From contig JAZNCR010000123.1 in the NCBI GenBank assembly GCA_045587605.1, positions 1-25,237 on the forward strand: a stretch of 25,237 nt of DNA. The letters run 5' to 3'. This document shows positions 1-7,464 of the stretch, one piece after another; within the stretch, counting starts at the first letter, position 1, and the number at the start of each line of letters is the position of its first letter. The translations under genes and the position numbers were made by a program. Source of the DNA: Eubacteriales bacterium. Lineage in GTDB: Bacteria > Bacillota > Clostridia > Oscillospirales > CAG-272. The notes beneath the pieces are model-generated. The model did not search any database. It saw only the letters and a list, made by a program, of their open reading frames with translations, and was not told where the DNA came from.

Positions 1-17
1 TCGGGGCTTTTTCTTTT
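1..17 (+). terminator. Possible 3' arm and T-tract of a plus-strand intrinsic terminator, truncated by the window edge
   Basis: TCGGGGCT followed by TTTTCTTTT. The 5' arm is outside the window, so the hairpin cannot be confirmed. Confidence 0.25.
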
Positions 18-44
18 GTTTTTCTCGATTTTGCAAATTTACAT

Positions 45-91
45 AACAAAAGGCTGAGTCAATCGCCTTCTTAAAAGCTTTTGACTCAGCC
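45..91 (-). terminator. Intrinsic terminator ending the minus-strand gene run
   Basis: Perfect 11-bp inverted repeat GGCTGAGTCAA (52-62) / TTGACTCAGCC (81-91) with an 18-nt loop, followed by TTTTGTT on the minus strand, 7 nt after the stop codon at 99-101. Confidence 0.7.
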
Positions 92-98
92 CCTTTCT

Positions 99-1592
99 TT
101 ACTGTGTTTTTTTATGTAGGGTATTGATCATGCCAACCACGCGGCGAATATAGGTGTCCACCTCCTGCCCGCCCTGATCAAGGTCGGTCAGTATCACAAG
201 CAAATACGGGTGCTCGTCGTAAACGATGGCGGCATCGTGATAGGCATCGATATCCCAGCCGTATTTATGTGCCGTTTTCGTGGGCGAAACACCAAACGGT
301 ATCAGAACGATATGTGCGGAATTCGAGAGCCAGCGTCCAAAAGCCTCTCCGTAATTTTCGTCCTCTTCAATGAAGGTGTGCATAGCACGCAGATATTTGC
401 CCATATCGGCGGCGGTAATGTCATTGAAGCCCGCTCTGACGCTGTTCACGCCAAGCTGTGTATTGAAGCGGTAGAAGCCGCTGTACCCGAATTCCTTACG
501 CAGGACGCCAAACGCGATGTTATCGCTCTGCCGGATGGAAAGCTCGATCAATTCTCGATAGGTGTACTCGGTCCCCTCTTCTGCATCCTTGATCAGACCC
601 GATCCCTCACAAAAATCCTCCTCGGTATAAACGTAGGTGCGGGAAAGATCATATCGCTCGTCCTCGAAAATCATCTCCGGACGAGTCTCCTCCGGCTCCG
701 CTTCGGTTTCCTCGGGGGCTTCGGTTGTTTCGGGAGATTCGGGCGTTTTTGGGGCGACCGTCGTTTCGGGGGCGACCGTCGTTTCGGGGGCAGCCGTTGT
801 TTCGGGCGCAGCCGTCGTTTCGCGAGCTTCGGTTGTTTCCTCGGTTACGTCGGTCGTTTCCTCTGCGGCATAGAGCTCGTCCGCACGGGCGCGGGCGGCA
901 TCCTCCTCGCGGGAGATCTCTCCCAAGAGCCAGAGCACGTAGGGGGCTTTTATCAGGCTAGCCGAGAAGAAGACGTCATTTTCCCCGTATGTAAATTTCC
1001 GTCCGCTCTCCACATCCTCGTAATAGATGGCAATGCGGGGGGCAACGTAATAGTAGTTCTCGTCCTCTCGGAGCACTTCCCTGTTCTCGGGCGGCGGAAC
1101 GGGGTTGCCGTCGTCGTCGGTTTTGGCAATCCGGTGCAGAGGGGCTTCACCAAGCACTTGTAGCAATTCCTCAATTTCCTCGCCGCGCGTCAGAACGTCG
1201 CTTGAATAAAATTTATTATAATGCGCAATTGCCCCCTCGATGGCGGCGATCTGCGCGTCTTTTTCGTTCATCGTAACCCGCATGAGTCTGATCTGCTCGA
1301 CCAGCTCCTCACGCTCGCCCTCCAAGAGAAGGGCATCATCCTCGACCCCCGAAAGCTTACGCTCAAGCGCATCAAGCTCAGCGGCACACGCATCCCGCTC
1401 GGCGCGAACCTCGATAAGCAGTGCCCCGAGCGACTGTGCCTCTCTGTTCAAATCAGAAAGTGCCTCCTCGGCTGCGGCAAGCGATGCCTCTGCTGTGCGG
1501 TGATCGATATAAAGCTTTCCGGCTATGCCGCAGGCCGCAAAAAGCAGCACAGCCAGCACGACCGGCAAAAGCACGTTCCTTTTTTTCTGCAT
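99..1592 (-). CDS. Membrane-anchored serine hydrolase of class A beta-lactamase / PBP-like fold, with coiled-coil stalk and T/E/P-rich insertion (497 aa)
   Basis: Motifs SxxK (SLIK, 948-959), SDN (519-527) and KYG (258-266). N-terminal basic plus hydrophobic segment (MQKKRNVLLPVVLAVLLFAACG), then a heptad-like helical region. Start moved from the ORF-track 1700 to ATG 1592, which has GAGG upstream. Confidence 0.8.
   Translation of the reverse strand: MQKKRNVLLPVVLAVLLFAACGIAGKLYIDHRTAEASLAAAEEALSDLNREAQSLGALLIEVRAERDACAAELDALERKLSGVEDDALLLEGEREELVEQIRLMRVTMNEKDAQIAAIEGAIAHYNKFYSSDVLTRGEEIEELLQVLGEAPLHRIAKTDDDGNPVPPPENREVLREDENYYYVAPRIAIYYEDVESGRKFTYGENDVFFSASLIKAPYVLWLLGEISREEDAARARADELYAAEETTDVTEETTEARETTAAPETTAAPETTVAPETTVAPKTPESPETTEAPEETEAEPEETRPEMIFEDERYDLSRTYVYTEEDFCEGSGLIKDAEEGTEYTYRELIELSIRQSDNIAFGVLRKEFGYSGFYRFNTQLGVNSVRAGFNDITAADMGKYLRAMHTFIEEDENYGEAFGRWLSNSAHIVLIPFGVSPTKTAHKYGWDIDAYHDAAIVYDEHPYLLVILTDLDQGGQEVDTYIRRVVGMINTLHKKTQ
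751..822 (-). repeat. In-frame 18-bp tandem repeat x4 encoding ETTAAP-ETTAAP-ETTVAP-ETTVAP
   Basis: Plus-strand units 751-768 and 769-786 are identical (GGGGCGACCGTCGTTTCG); 787-804 and 805-822 are variants. Degenerate ETT-like units flank them. Confidence 0.95.
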
Positions 1593-1638
1593 CTTTTTCC
1601 TCAATTTACCGTGAATCGGTTTGGTTCTCCCTTTTTCC

Positions 1639-1690
1639 AAAAAAACACCGCAGCAATCCGCTCGGCCTCGGGCGATCGGGATGCTGCGGC
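1639..1690 (-). terminator. Intrinsic terminator after divIC
   Basis: Minus strand: GCCGCAGCA...TGCTGCGGT 9-bp stem (one G-U) with further internal pairing, followed by G and T7. Confidence 0.7.
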
Positions 1691-1703
1691 AGAAAAGCAT
1701 GGT

Positions 1704-2009
1704 TTACTCGCTCAAATCGTTATAGAAGATGATCTCCTGCGGAAGGCTGAGATTCAGCTTCTCCTTTGCGATTCTGATCACGTAGTCCCTGTCAAAGGGC
1801 GCTTCGATCTGCGCCTGCAGGGCTTCGATATTCTCTTCGGTGGCGGCGATCTCGGCGCGGAGCAGGCTTGCCTCCTCGCGCAGATCGTTATATTCCATGA
1901 GCAGACGTGCGGACAGAATCAGCATACTGACCAAGAGCACAAGCACGGTCAGACGAACGAAAATACTACCGCCGATTCGCTGAAGCGCGGTATTTTCACG
2001 ATTATTCAT
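1704..2009 (-). CDS. divIC: Septum formation initiator, DivIC/FtsL family (101 aa)
   Basis: Short N-tail, one TM helix, coiled coil and C-terminal IAKEKLNLSLPQEIIF motif. Syntenic after yabP-yabQ. ATG at 2009 overlaps the yabQ stop (ATGA) and has a G-rich SD. Confidence 0.8.
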   Translation of the reverse strand: MNNRENTALQRIGGSIFVRLTVLVLLVSMLILSARLLMEYNDLREEASLLRAEIAATEENIEALQAQIEAPFDRDYVIRIAKEKLNLSLPQEIIFYNDLSE

Positions 2010-2626
2010 CCGACATCCCCCCATTCTAGATTGGTAAAGAGCCGACCGATCCGCCGCATTGCCCGCCGCTTCGCCCGTCGGGTATGACCCGGCAGATAAA
2101 GCCAAAGCCACAACCGCACAAGGCGGCAAGTCACACGGAGAAGCAAGATGCGAATCAATCGATAAAGCCACAGAAAAGGTCGTGACACACCGTAACACAG
2201 CCACGCGGCAAGGAAACGCAAAATATCCGCAATCCATACGGAAAAGCGAATCACAAGCTCACCCACCGTGCATCGGTAGAGGAAGAATCCAAGCGCAATG
2301 CCGGCAAAAGCAAGCCAGCGTATTCTGCCATGATTAACTTCCGATAAATAAATAGCAATCATCGGACCAACGAAGAGAAAATACAGAATATCCTCTACGT
2401 TCACCCAAAAATCGCGCAGCCTGTGCCGAGACAGCCTCTTTTTTTCGCCCCTCATCCACCGCGGCATGGGAAGCGAAAGTCCCGCCTTAATTCCGGACCG
2501 CCCATAGCGAACCCCCATCAGGATCCGGGTAATCCGCAGAGCGTCGTATACGGCACCGAACAGCGCGCCAAGCATTCCCCCAAGAAGAAACAGCCGAACG
2601 AGCTCGGCCGGTGACGTCGTCAGCAC
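2006..2626 (-). CDS. yabQ: Spore cortex biosynthesis protein YabQ
   Basis: Hydrophobic protein with GALFGAVYDALRITR, EDILYF and GRIRWLAFAGIALG motifs. GTG start. Follows yabP. Confidence 0.85.
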   Translation of the reverse strand: MLTTSPAELVRLFLLGGMLGALFGAVYDALRITRILMGVRYGRSGIKAGLSLPMPRWMRGEKKRLSRHRLRDFWVNVEDILYFLFVGPMIAIYLSEVNHGRIRWLAFAGIALGFFLYRCTVGELVIRFSVWIADILRFLAAWLCYGVSRPFLWLYRLIRILLLRVTCRLVRLWLWLYLPGHTRRAKRRAMRRIGRLFTNLEWGDVG

Positions 2627-2629
2627 GGC

Positions 2630-2908
2630 TTATCCGAACAGCCGCCCGAGAAATCCCGGTCGCTCTGCTCGATCTCCCGTGTAAAACACACCGTCCACCG
2701 TTCCGTCAAGCACAACCTCACCGCGGTCAATATTGAGGGTGGTAATATGCAAGTCCCTTCCCTCGATCGTCATCCCGCCGCGAACGGTAGACAAGGAAAC
2801 GCTCGCTTCGTCAAAGCTGATTACCTCGCTGACTCCGCTGATCTGCATACGCGATCGTTCGGTCAGGGTAACGGCATGGGGAATTTGCGGTTGTTTCGTT
2901 TCGTTCAT
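2630..2908 (-). CDS. yabP: Sporulation protein, YabP/YqfC family
   Basis: HAVTLTERSRMQISGVSEVISFDE...GGMTIEGRDLHI...LDGTVDGVFY. GGAGG SD. Syntenic with yabO/yabQ. Confidence 0.9.
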   Translation of the reverse strand: MNETKQPQIPHAVTLTERSRMQISGVSEVISFDEASVSLSTVRGGMTIEGRDLHITTLNIDRGEVVLDGTVDGVFYTGDRAERPGFLGRLFG

Positions 2909-2948
2909 TTTTGGCCTCCCGGGGAATGATTGAGCCGATGCTCATTCT

Positions 2949-2977
2949 ATCCTATGCGGGAGATCGGGGAAATATGC
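2949..2977 (-). promoter_or_regulatory. Sigma-E-type sporulation promoter for yabPQ-divIC
   Basis: Minus strand GCATATT (2977-2971), 14 nt spacer, CATAGGAT (2956-2949). Matches the sigma-E consensus (ATa-16/18 nt-cATAcanT). yabPQ is sigma-E controlled in Bacillus subtilis. Confidence 0.65.
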
Positions 2978-2994
2978 GTCAAGCACATTTCCCC
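2966..2994 (-). other. Stem-loop between yabO and yabP, without a U-tract
   Basis: Minus strand GGGGAAATGTGC-TTGAC-GCATATTTCCCC: 12-bp stem with one G-U, 5-nt loop. Confidence 0.7.
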
Positions 2995-3008
2995 TATGGA
3001 TCCGATCC

Positions 3009-3251
3009 TTATTCCAACACCTCGTAGAGCGCAGATGCGTCCGCCTTGGCAACGTGCTCACGCACGTCGAGCACGCGAAGCTTCATGGTTCTCTCTCCGA
3101 AGGTAATCTCAACCACATCGCCAACCTTAACGTCATACGAAGCCTTGGCGCGTCGGCCGTTTACATTGACGTGCTCTGTATCACAGGCATCGTTTGCCAC
3201 CGTCCGCCGCTTGATGATGCGGGAGACCTTAAGGAACTTGTCAAGCCGCAT
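3009..3251 (-). CDS. yabO: S4-domain RNA-binding protein YabO (RqcP/Hsp15-like)
   Basis: MRLDKFLKVSRIIKRRTVANDAC...VNGRRAKASYDVKVGD is the S4/YabO signature; conserved synteny. Confidence 0.92.
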   Translation of the reverse strand: MRLDKFLKVSRIIKRRTVANDACDTEHVNVNGRRAKASYDVKVGDVVEITFGERTMKLRVLDVREHVAKADASALYEVLE

Positions 3252-3254
3252 GGC

Positions 3255-3527
3255 TTATTTCAGCGCGTCCTTGAGAGCCTTGCCTGCTGCGAAAGCGGGA
3301 TGCTTGGAAGCGGCGATGGTGATGGTCTCGCCGGTAGCGGGGTTGCGGCCCTGACGAGCCTCGCGATTCTTTACCTCGAAGGTACCGAAGCCAACGAGCT
3401 GAACCTTCTCGCCTGCGATGAGTGCGTTCTCGATGGTCTTGAGCAGTGCGTTAACCGCTGCCTCTGCGTCCTTCTTCTTGAGGTTGCTTTCCTTAGCAAC
3501 GGCTTCGATGAGCTGGGTTTTATTCAT
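3255..3527 (-). CDS. hup: Histone-like DNA-binding protein HU (90 aa)
   Basis: [11 protein letters not shown]...[14 protein letters not shown]...[12 protein letters not shown]. Start ATG 3527 with AAGGAG SD; the ORF-track upstream extension is not coding. Confidence 0.97.
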   Translation of the reverse strand: MNKTQLIEAVAKESNLKKKDAEAAVNALLKTIENALIAGEKVQLVGFGTFEVKNREARQGRNPATGETITIAASKHPAFAAGKALKDALK

Positions 3528-3598
3528 GGTAGTACTCCTTCTTTCTTTTTTTGTTTTTTCCGCAAAAAAATGGCGGAAAAACGAATACTTGCTTGTAT

Positions 3599-3627
3599 AG
3601 TATACCATTTTTCCGCCTGTATATCAA
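3599..3627 (-). promoter_or_regulatory. Sigma-A promoter for hup-yabO
   Basis: Minus strand TTGATA (3627-3622), 17 nt spacer, TG-extended TATACT (3604-3599). A/T tracts upstream could form an UP element. Confidence 0.75.
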
Positions 3628-3691
3628 GGGGTTTTTTACACATTTTATGAGAAAAAAACAGATTTTTTTCTTTTTTTTGAATTTTTTTGCC

Positions 3692-4486
3692 TTAATGGGC
3701 CGATTTTTGGCGCAACGCCGCCCATACAGAGGAAATATCGGCATCAGCGTCGGCGGTGCAAATTGCTTCAAGCGCCGCATAATCGGCAATGCGCCGATCG
3801 GTCTCACGCGTGAGAGCAACCTCTGCTTCAAGCCCTAATTTGCGCCCTGCCGTGACTGCCGCAAAGAGCACCTCTCCGAGCCGTCCTTCCTTTTCTCCGT
3901 CATCCGCATCGGCCAGTGCCGAAACTGCGTCGGCAAGCGAAGCAATGGCTGTCTCGGCATCCGATGCGCCGTCCGCTTCATCGATCCCTGCCTTCTTCCC
4001 AACCTTTTCCGCACGCATCAGCGCGGGAAGCATGGGGGGAATGGAGCGAAGCTTATCCGAGACGGTCACGCGCGCCTTTTCCTCGGCCTTGATTGCCTCC
4101 CAGTTGGCCAATACCTGCTCGGCACTGTCCGCCTTGACCGCGCCGAAGATATGCGGGTGGCGGTGGATGAGCTTGACGCAGATATCGTTTGCCACGTCAT
4201 CTACCGTAAATCGCCCCGCCTCCTCCTCCATGCGCGCATGAAAGACGACCTGCAGCAGCACGTCGCCCAGCTCCTCGCGGAGAAGCTTTGGATCCTCGGT
4301 ATCGATCGCCTCGACAACCTCGTAGGTCTCCTCAATAAAGTTCTGGCGGATACTGCGGTGGGTCTGCTCTATATCCCAGGGACAGCCCCCTTCTCCGCGC
4401 AAAAGTGCCATGATGGTGCAAAGATCTTCAAAATGATATTTGTCCTTCGCCAGAAGCGCGGCGACGGCCTTCGTTCTGTTTTCCAT
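3692..4486 (-). CDS. mazG: Nucleoside triphosphate pyrophosphohydrolase MazG (no N-terminal methyltransferase domain)
   Basis: LRGEGGCPWDIEQTH, EETYEVVEAI, EELGDVLLQVVFH and KLIHRHPHIF motifs. The second MazG-like repeat is degenerate. Confidence 0.92.
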   Translation of the reverse strand: MENRTKAVAALLAKDKYHFEDLCTIMALLRGEGGCPWDIEQTHRSIRQNFIEETYEVVEAIDTEDPKLLREELGDVLLQVVFHARMEEEAGRFTVDDVANDICVKLIHRHPHIFGAVKADSAEQVLANWEAIKAEEKARVTVSDKLRSIPPMLPALMRAEKVGKKAGIDEADGASDAETAIASLADAVSALADADDGEKEGRLGEVLFAAVTAGRKLGLEAEVALTRETDRRIADYAALEAICTADADADISSVWAALRQKSAH

Positions 4487-4496
4487 ATTTTATCCT

Positions 4497-6158
4497 TTAT
4501 TTTAATAATTTCATTCGTTTGAGCAGGCCCGCAATTTTCTCGCCGCCGGGCAGCATATGAATATCCTTCTCTCCGACCGCGCGCATCAGAAGCACAAGCA
4601 GAACATAGAGAAAAACGGCACAGAGAATCGCGGCAACCGTCAAAAGGCGGCTCTGTCCCAAGGAACGGGCCAACAGCAGATAGACGCCGAGTGCCCCCCC
4701 GACCGCACCGAGCGCGGCTGCAAGGGGTTTGAAGAAAATGTGCCGCACACCGGCAAGATCGCCCGTGTGCTTCGCGATGAAGAAAAAGTTGATTGCCGTT
4801 ACCGTCATATGGCAGAGGAAGGTTCCCGCCGGCGCACCGTAGAGATTGACGGTGGGCAGGCCGATGAGCAAATAGCTGACAATCAGCTTCACGACGGAGC
4901 CGGCCAGCATGGAGTAAATCGGCTTCCGCTCGTGCCCGTAGGCCTGCAGAATCGCATTGGTTACATTGAGAAGTCCAACGAAAAATACCGATAGGGCCAA
5001 AAGAGACAGCAGCGGCGCGGCCATATTGATCGATTCGGTCTTCCCCGGAAAAAGCAGCTCGAGAATCTGTCGGCCGAAAACCGACAGACCGATGGCACAG
5101 GGGAGTGCGATGAGGACGGTCAGCCGAAGCGCGGAATCGATACACTCCCGCATCCGGGTTCGGTCGCCGCTCTCGATCGCAAGCGTCAGCATGGGGACGA
5201 GCGCCATGGAGATGGGAGAAATGAGAGCAGGGGCAAGATTGAAGAGCGGAATGACGAGCGTGGTATAGTTGCCGTACATCTCCTCGGCAATCCCCGGCAC
5301 AAATCCCGCCGCCCCGAGTCGGTTGACGATCAGCATGGTGTCAATCAACTGGGTCAGGCTCATCACAAGCGCGCTGATGGTAACGGGAACGGCAATGACA
5401 ACCAGACGGCGAAGAATCTCACCGTTCCGCGCTGTCTCGGTCACGCAAATTTTTTCATCGCGCGGACGCCAGAAAATCCGCGTCACAATCAAAAAGAGCA
5501 TGGAGACGGCCACGCCGACCGTCAGTCCCGTAATGGCAAAGGCGGCGACGACAGGCGTATCATATCCGCGATCAATCGCATATTTGGCAAGAACAAGCCC
5601 GATAAAGAGCTTTCCCGCCGCCTCGACAATCTGGGAAACGGCAGTCGGCACCATGATCTGATACCCTTGGAAATATCCGCGGATCGCGCTGGAAATGCAG
5701 ATAAAGAAAAGGGTCGGTGCGATGGCGCGGATAGGATAGGCCGCACCCGGCATTTTGGTTCTTGCGGCAAGAAAATCAGCGCCGAAGAACATCATACTCA
5801 TGCCCGCCAGACCGATCAGGACGAACAGGGACAGCGAGACAAAGAATATCCGCTTTACCCGACGGACGTCCCCCCGGGCTCTGCTCTCGGAGATCAGCAT
5901 CGACACCGCAACCGGGAAGCCGGCCGTGGAGAGGATAAAGAAGGCTGAATAGATGGTATAGGCGGCGTTGAAATAGGCCATGCCGTCGGCTTGCAGATAA
6001 TCGAGGAGCAGGATTTTGAGCAGCAGTCCGATTACCTTTACGGTCATGGTTGAGGCTGTCAGAACCAGGACGCCGGAGAAAAAGACCTTACCCGCGCTCT
6101 TTTTCGGTGCGCGGGCGATCTCGTTTTGCAGAGTAGGGTTGGAGCGATGCGGTTTCAA
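4497..6158 (-). CDS. yabM: MOP-family polysaccharide/lipid II flippase-like protein (YabM/SpoVB/MurJ family)
   Basis: Multi-TM protein with STAGFPVAVS, RGYFQGYQIMVPTAVSQIVE and NAILQAYG motifs; lies upstream of mazG as in the yabM-yabN locus. Start is uncertain: TTG 6158 (GAGGTG SD) or TTG 6176 (overlapping the upstream stop). Confidence 0.8.
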   Translation of the reverse strand: MKPHRSNPTLQNEIARAPKKSAGKVFFSGVLVLTASTMTVKVIGLLLKILLLDYLQADGMAYFNAAYTIYSAFFILSTAGFPVAVSMLISESRARGDVRRVKRIFFVSLSLFVLIGLAGMSMMFFGADFLAARTKMPGAAYPIRAIAPTLFFICISSAIRGYFQGYQIMVPTAVSQIVEAAGKLFIGLVLAKYAIDRGYDTPVVAAFAITGLTVGVAVSMLFLIVTRIFWRPRDEKICVTETARNGEILRRLVVIAVPVTISALVMSLTQLIDTMLIVNRLGAAGFVPGIAEEMYGNYTTLVIPLFNLAPALISPISMALVPMLTLAIESGDRTRMRECIDSALRLTVLIALPCAIGLSVFGRQILELLFPGKTESINMAAPLLSLLALSVFFVGLLNVTNAILQAYGHERKPIYSMLAGSVVKLIVSYLLIGLPTVNLYGAPAGTFLCHMTVTAINFFFIAKHTGDLAGVRHIFFKPLAAALGAVGGALGVYLLLARSLGQSRLLTVAAILCAVFLYVLLVLLMRAVGEKDIHMLPGGEKIAGLLKRMKLLK

Positions 6159-6172
6159 GGCCTCACCTCGGC

Positions 6173-7462
6173 TCAATCAAAATAGTGGGCAATGACCCGT
6201 CCCGCCTCACGGCGCAGACGTTCAATGTCAATGGATGTATACGCGCCGTCGGCGTATAATATGCGTCCGTCAACCATCGTCATGCGGACGTCCGAGGACT
6301 CCGCGCTGTATGCAATCGTGGCATCAAGGTCGTACACCGGCATATTGTGGGGGGCAGAAAGGTCAAGCAGAATCAGATCGGCTCGTGCGCCGACGGCGAT
6401 TCTTCCGCAGTCTGCTCTTCCCTGCGCCCGCGCGCCGTTCTCGGTCGCAAGCGGAAGCATCTCTGCCGCCGTGGTGATATCGGCACGGCGACTCACGCCC
6501 TTGTGCAGAATGGCACAAAGACGAAGCTCACGGAGAATATCAAGCGTGTTGTTCGATGCGGCACCGTCGGTGCCGAGCGCGACGTTGACGCCGCCGTCAA
6601 GGAGTCGCCGCAGAGGCATCACACCCGAGCCGAGCTTGAGATTGCTCGTCGGATTGTGCGCAGCCGTCACACCGTTTGCGCGGAGAATTTCAATATCTTC
6701 ATCGCTGAGCCAAACACAGTGCGCCGCCGTGGTGGGCGCGGCAAACACGCCGAGGTCGGCAAAGAAGGCGGCAGGGGTTTTGCCGTGGCGGGCAATACAC
6801 GCCAGGTGCTCGTCCTCGGTCTCGGAGAGGTGCAGCTGCATCCCAAGTCCCCGTTCGGCGGTATATGCACCGACCGCCGCACAGTAATCGGGGCGGTTGG
6901 TATATTCGGCGTGGAGCGAGAAGTCGATCTTCAGTCTTCCCTCCCCCGCACCGTGAAATTCGTCGGCAAGTGCCACCGCTTCCCTGAAGCGTTCATCCTC
7001 GTCCAGCTTGATTCCGTCCGCAAACGAAACGAGTGAACGGGAAAGATTGGCCTTGATTCCGCTCTCAAGCACGGCGCGTGCCGTCTCGGGGCAGAAGAAA
7101 TACATATCCGAGAAGGACGTAATTCCCGCGCGGATCATTTCGGCGATGGCAAGCATGGAGCCCCAATAGACCGACTCCGCAGTCAGTCTGTCCTCGGCGG
7201 GGAAAATTCGCTCGTTCAGCCAGCGGGAAAGCGGAAGGTCTTCTCCGTAGCCGCGGAAAAGGGTCATGGCTGCATGGCAATGGGTGTTGACGAAGCCGGG
7301 GAGAAGAAGGTCTCCCCGACCGTCAACGATTCGGTCCCCCGCCTCGCACGGAACGTCCTTTTCAATGGCTGTAATCATTTTGCCGTCAATGGCAACGTCG
7401 ATCGGATCGGTGCCGTATCCGCATGCGGCAGGCAATCTGACCGATTTCAGAATCGTTTTCAT
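6173..7462 (-). CDS. mtaD: Amidohydrolase, 5'-methylthioadenosine/S-adenosylhomocysteine deaminase-like
   Basis: PGFVNTHCHAAMTLFRG (HxH), HLSET, HNPTSNLKLGSG and GTDGAASNN motifs of the SsnA/MtaD group. Exact substrate not determinable here. Confidence 0.8.
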   Translation of the reverse strand: MKTILKSVRLPAACGYGTDPIDVAIDGKMITAIEKDVPCEAGDRIVDGRGDLLLPGFVNTHCHAAMTLFRGYGEDLPLSRWLNERIFPAEDRLTAESVYWGSMLAIAEMIRAGITSFSDMYFFCPETARAVLESGIKANLSRSLVSFADGIKLDEDERFREAVALADEFHGAGEGRLKIDFSLHAEYTNRPDYCAAVGAYTAERGLGMQLHLSETEDEHLACIARHGKTPAAFFADLGVFAAPTTAAHCVWLSDEDIEILRANGVTAAHNPTSNLKLGSGVMPLRRLLDGGVNVALGTDGAASNNTLDILRELRLCAILHKGVSRRADITTAAEMLPLATENGARAQGRADCGRIAVGARADLILLDLSAPHNMPVYDLDATIAYSAESSDVRMTMVDGRILYADGAYTSIDIERLRREAGRVIAHYFD

Positions 7463-7464
7463 CT

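Noticed and set aside
751-822. Tandem repeats as a possible CRISPR array
   Set aside because: The 18-bp units are contiguous with no spacers, are in frame in a protein, and no cas genes are present.
99-1592. Calling the serine hydrolase an antibiotic-resistance beta-lactamase
   Set aside because: The fold motifs are shared with non-resistance PBP-like enzymes, I could not identify the class A omega-loop ExxLN motif, and the context is core chromosome with no mobile element.
2010-2237. N-terminal extension of the divIC ORF given in the ORF track
   Set aside because: It overlaps yabQ in another frame. The ATG at 2009 has an SD and an ATGA coupling overlap. Similar extensions were trimmed for the serine hydrolase, hup, the kinase, dtd, rel, the rseC-like gene and the gamma subunit.
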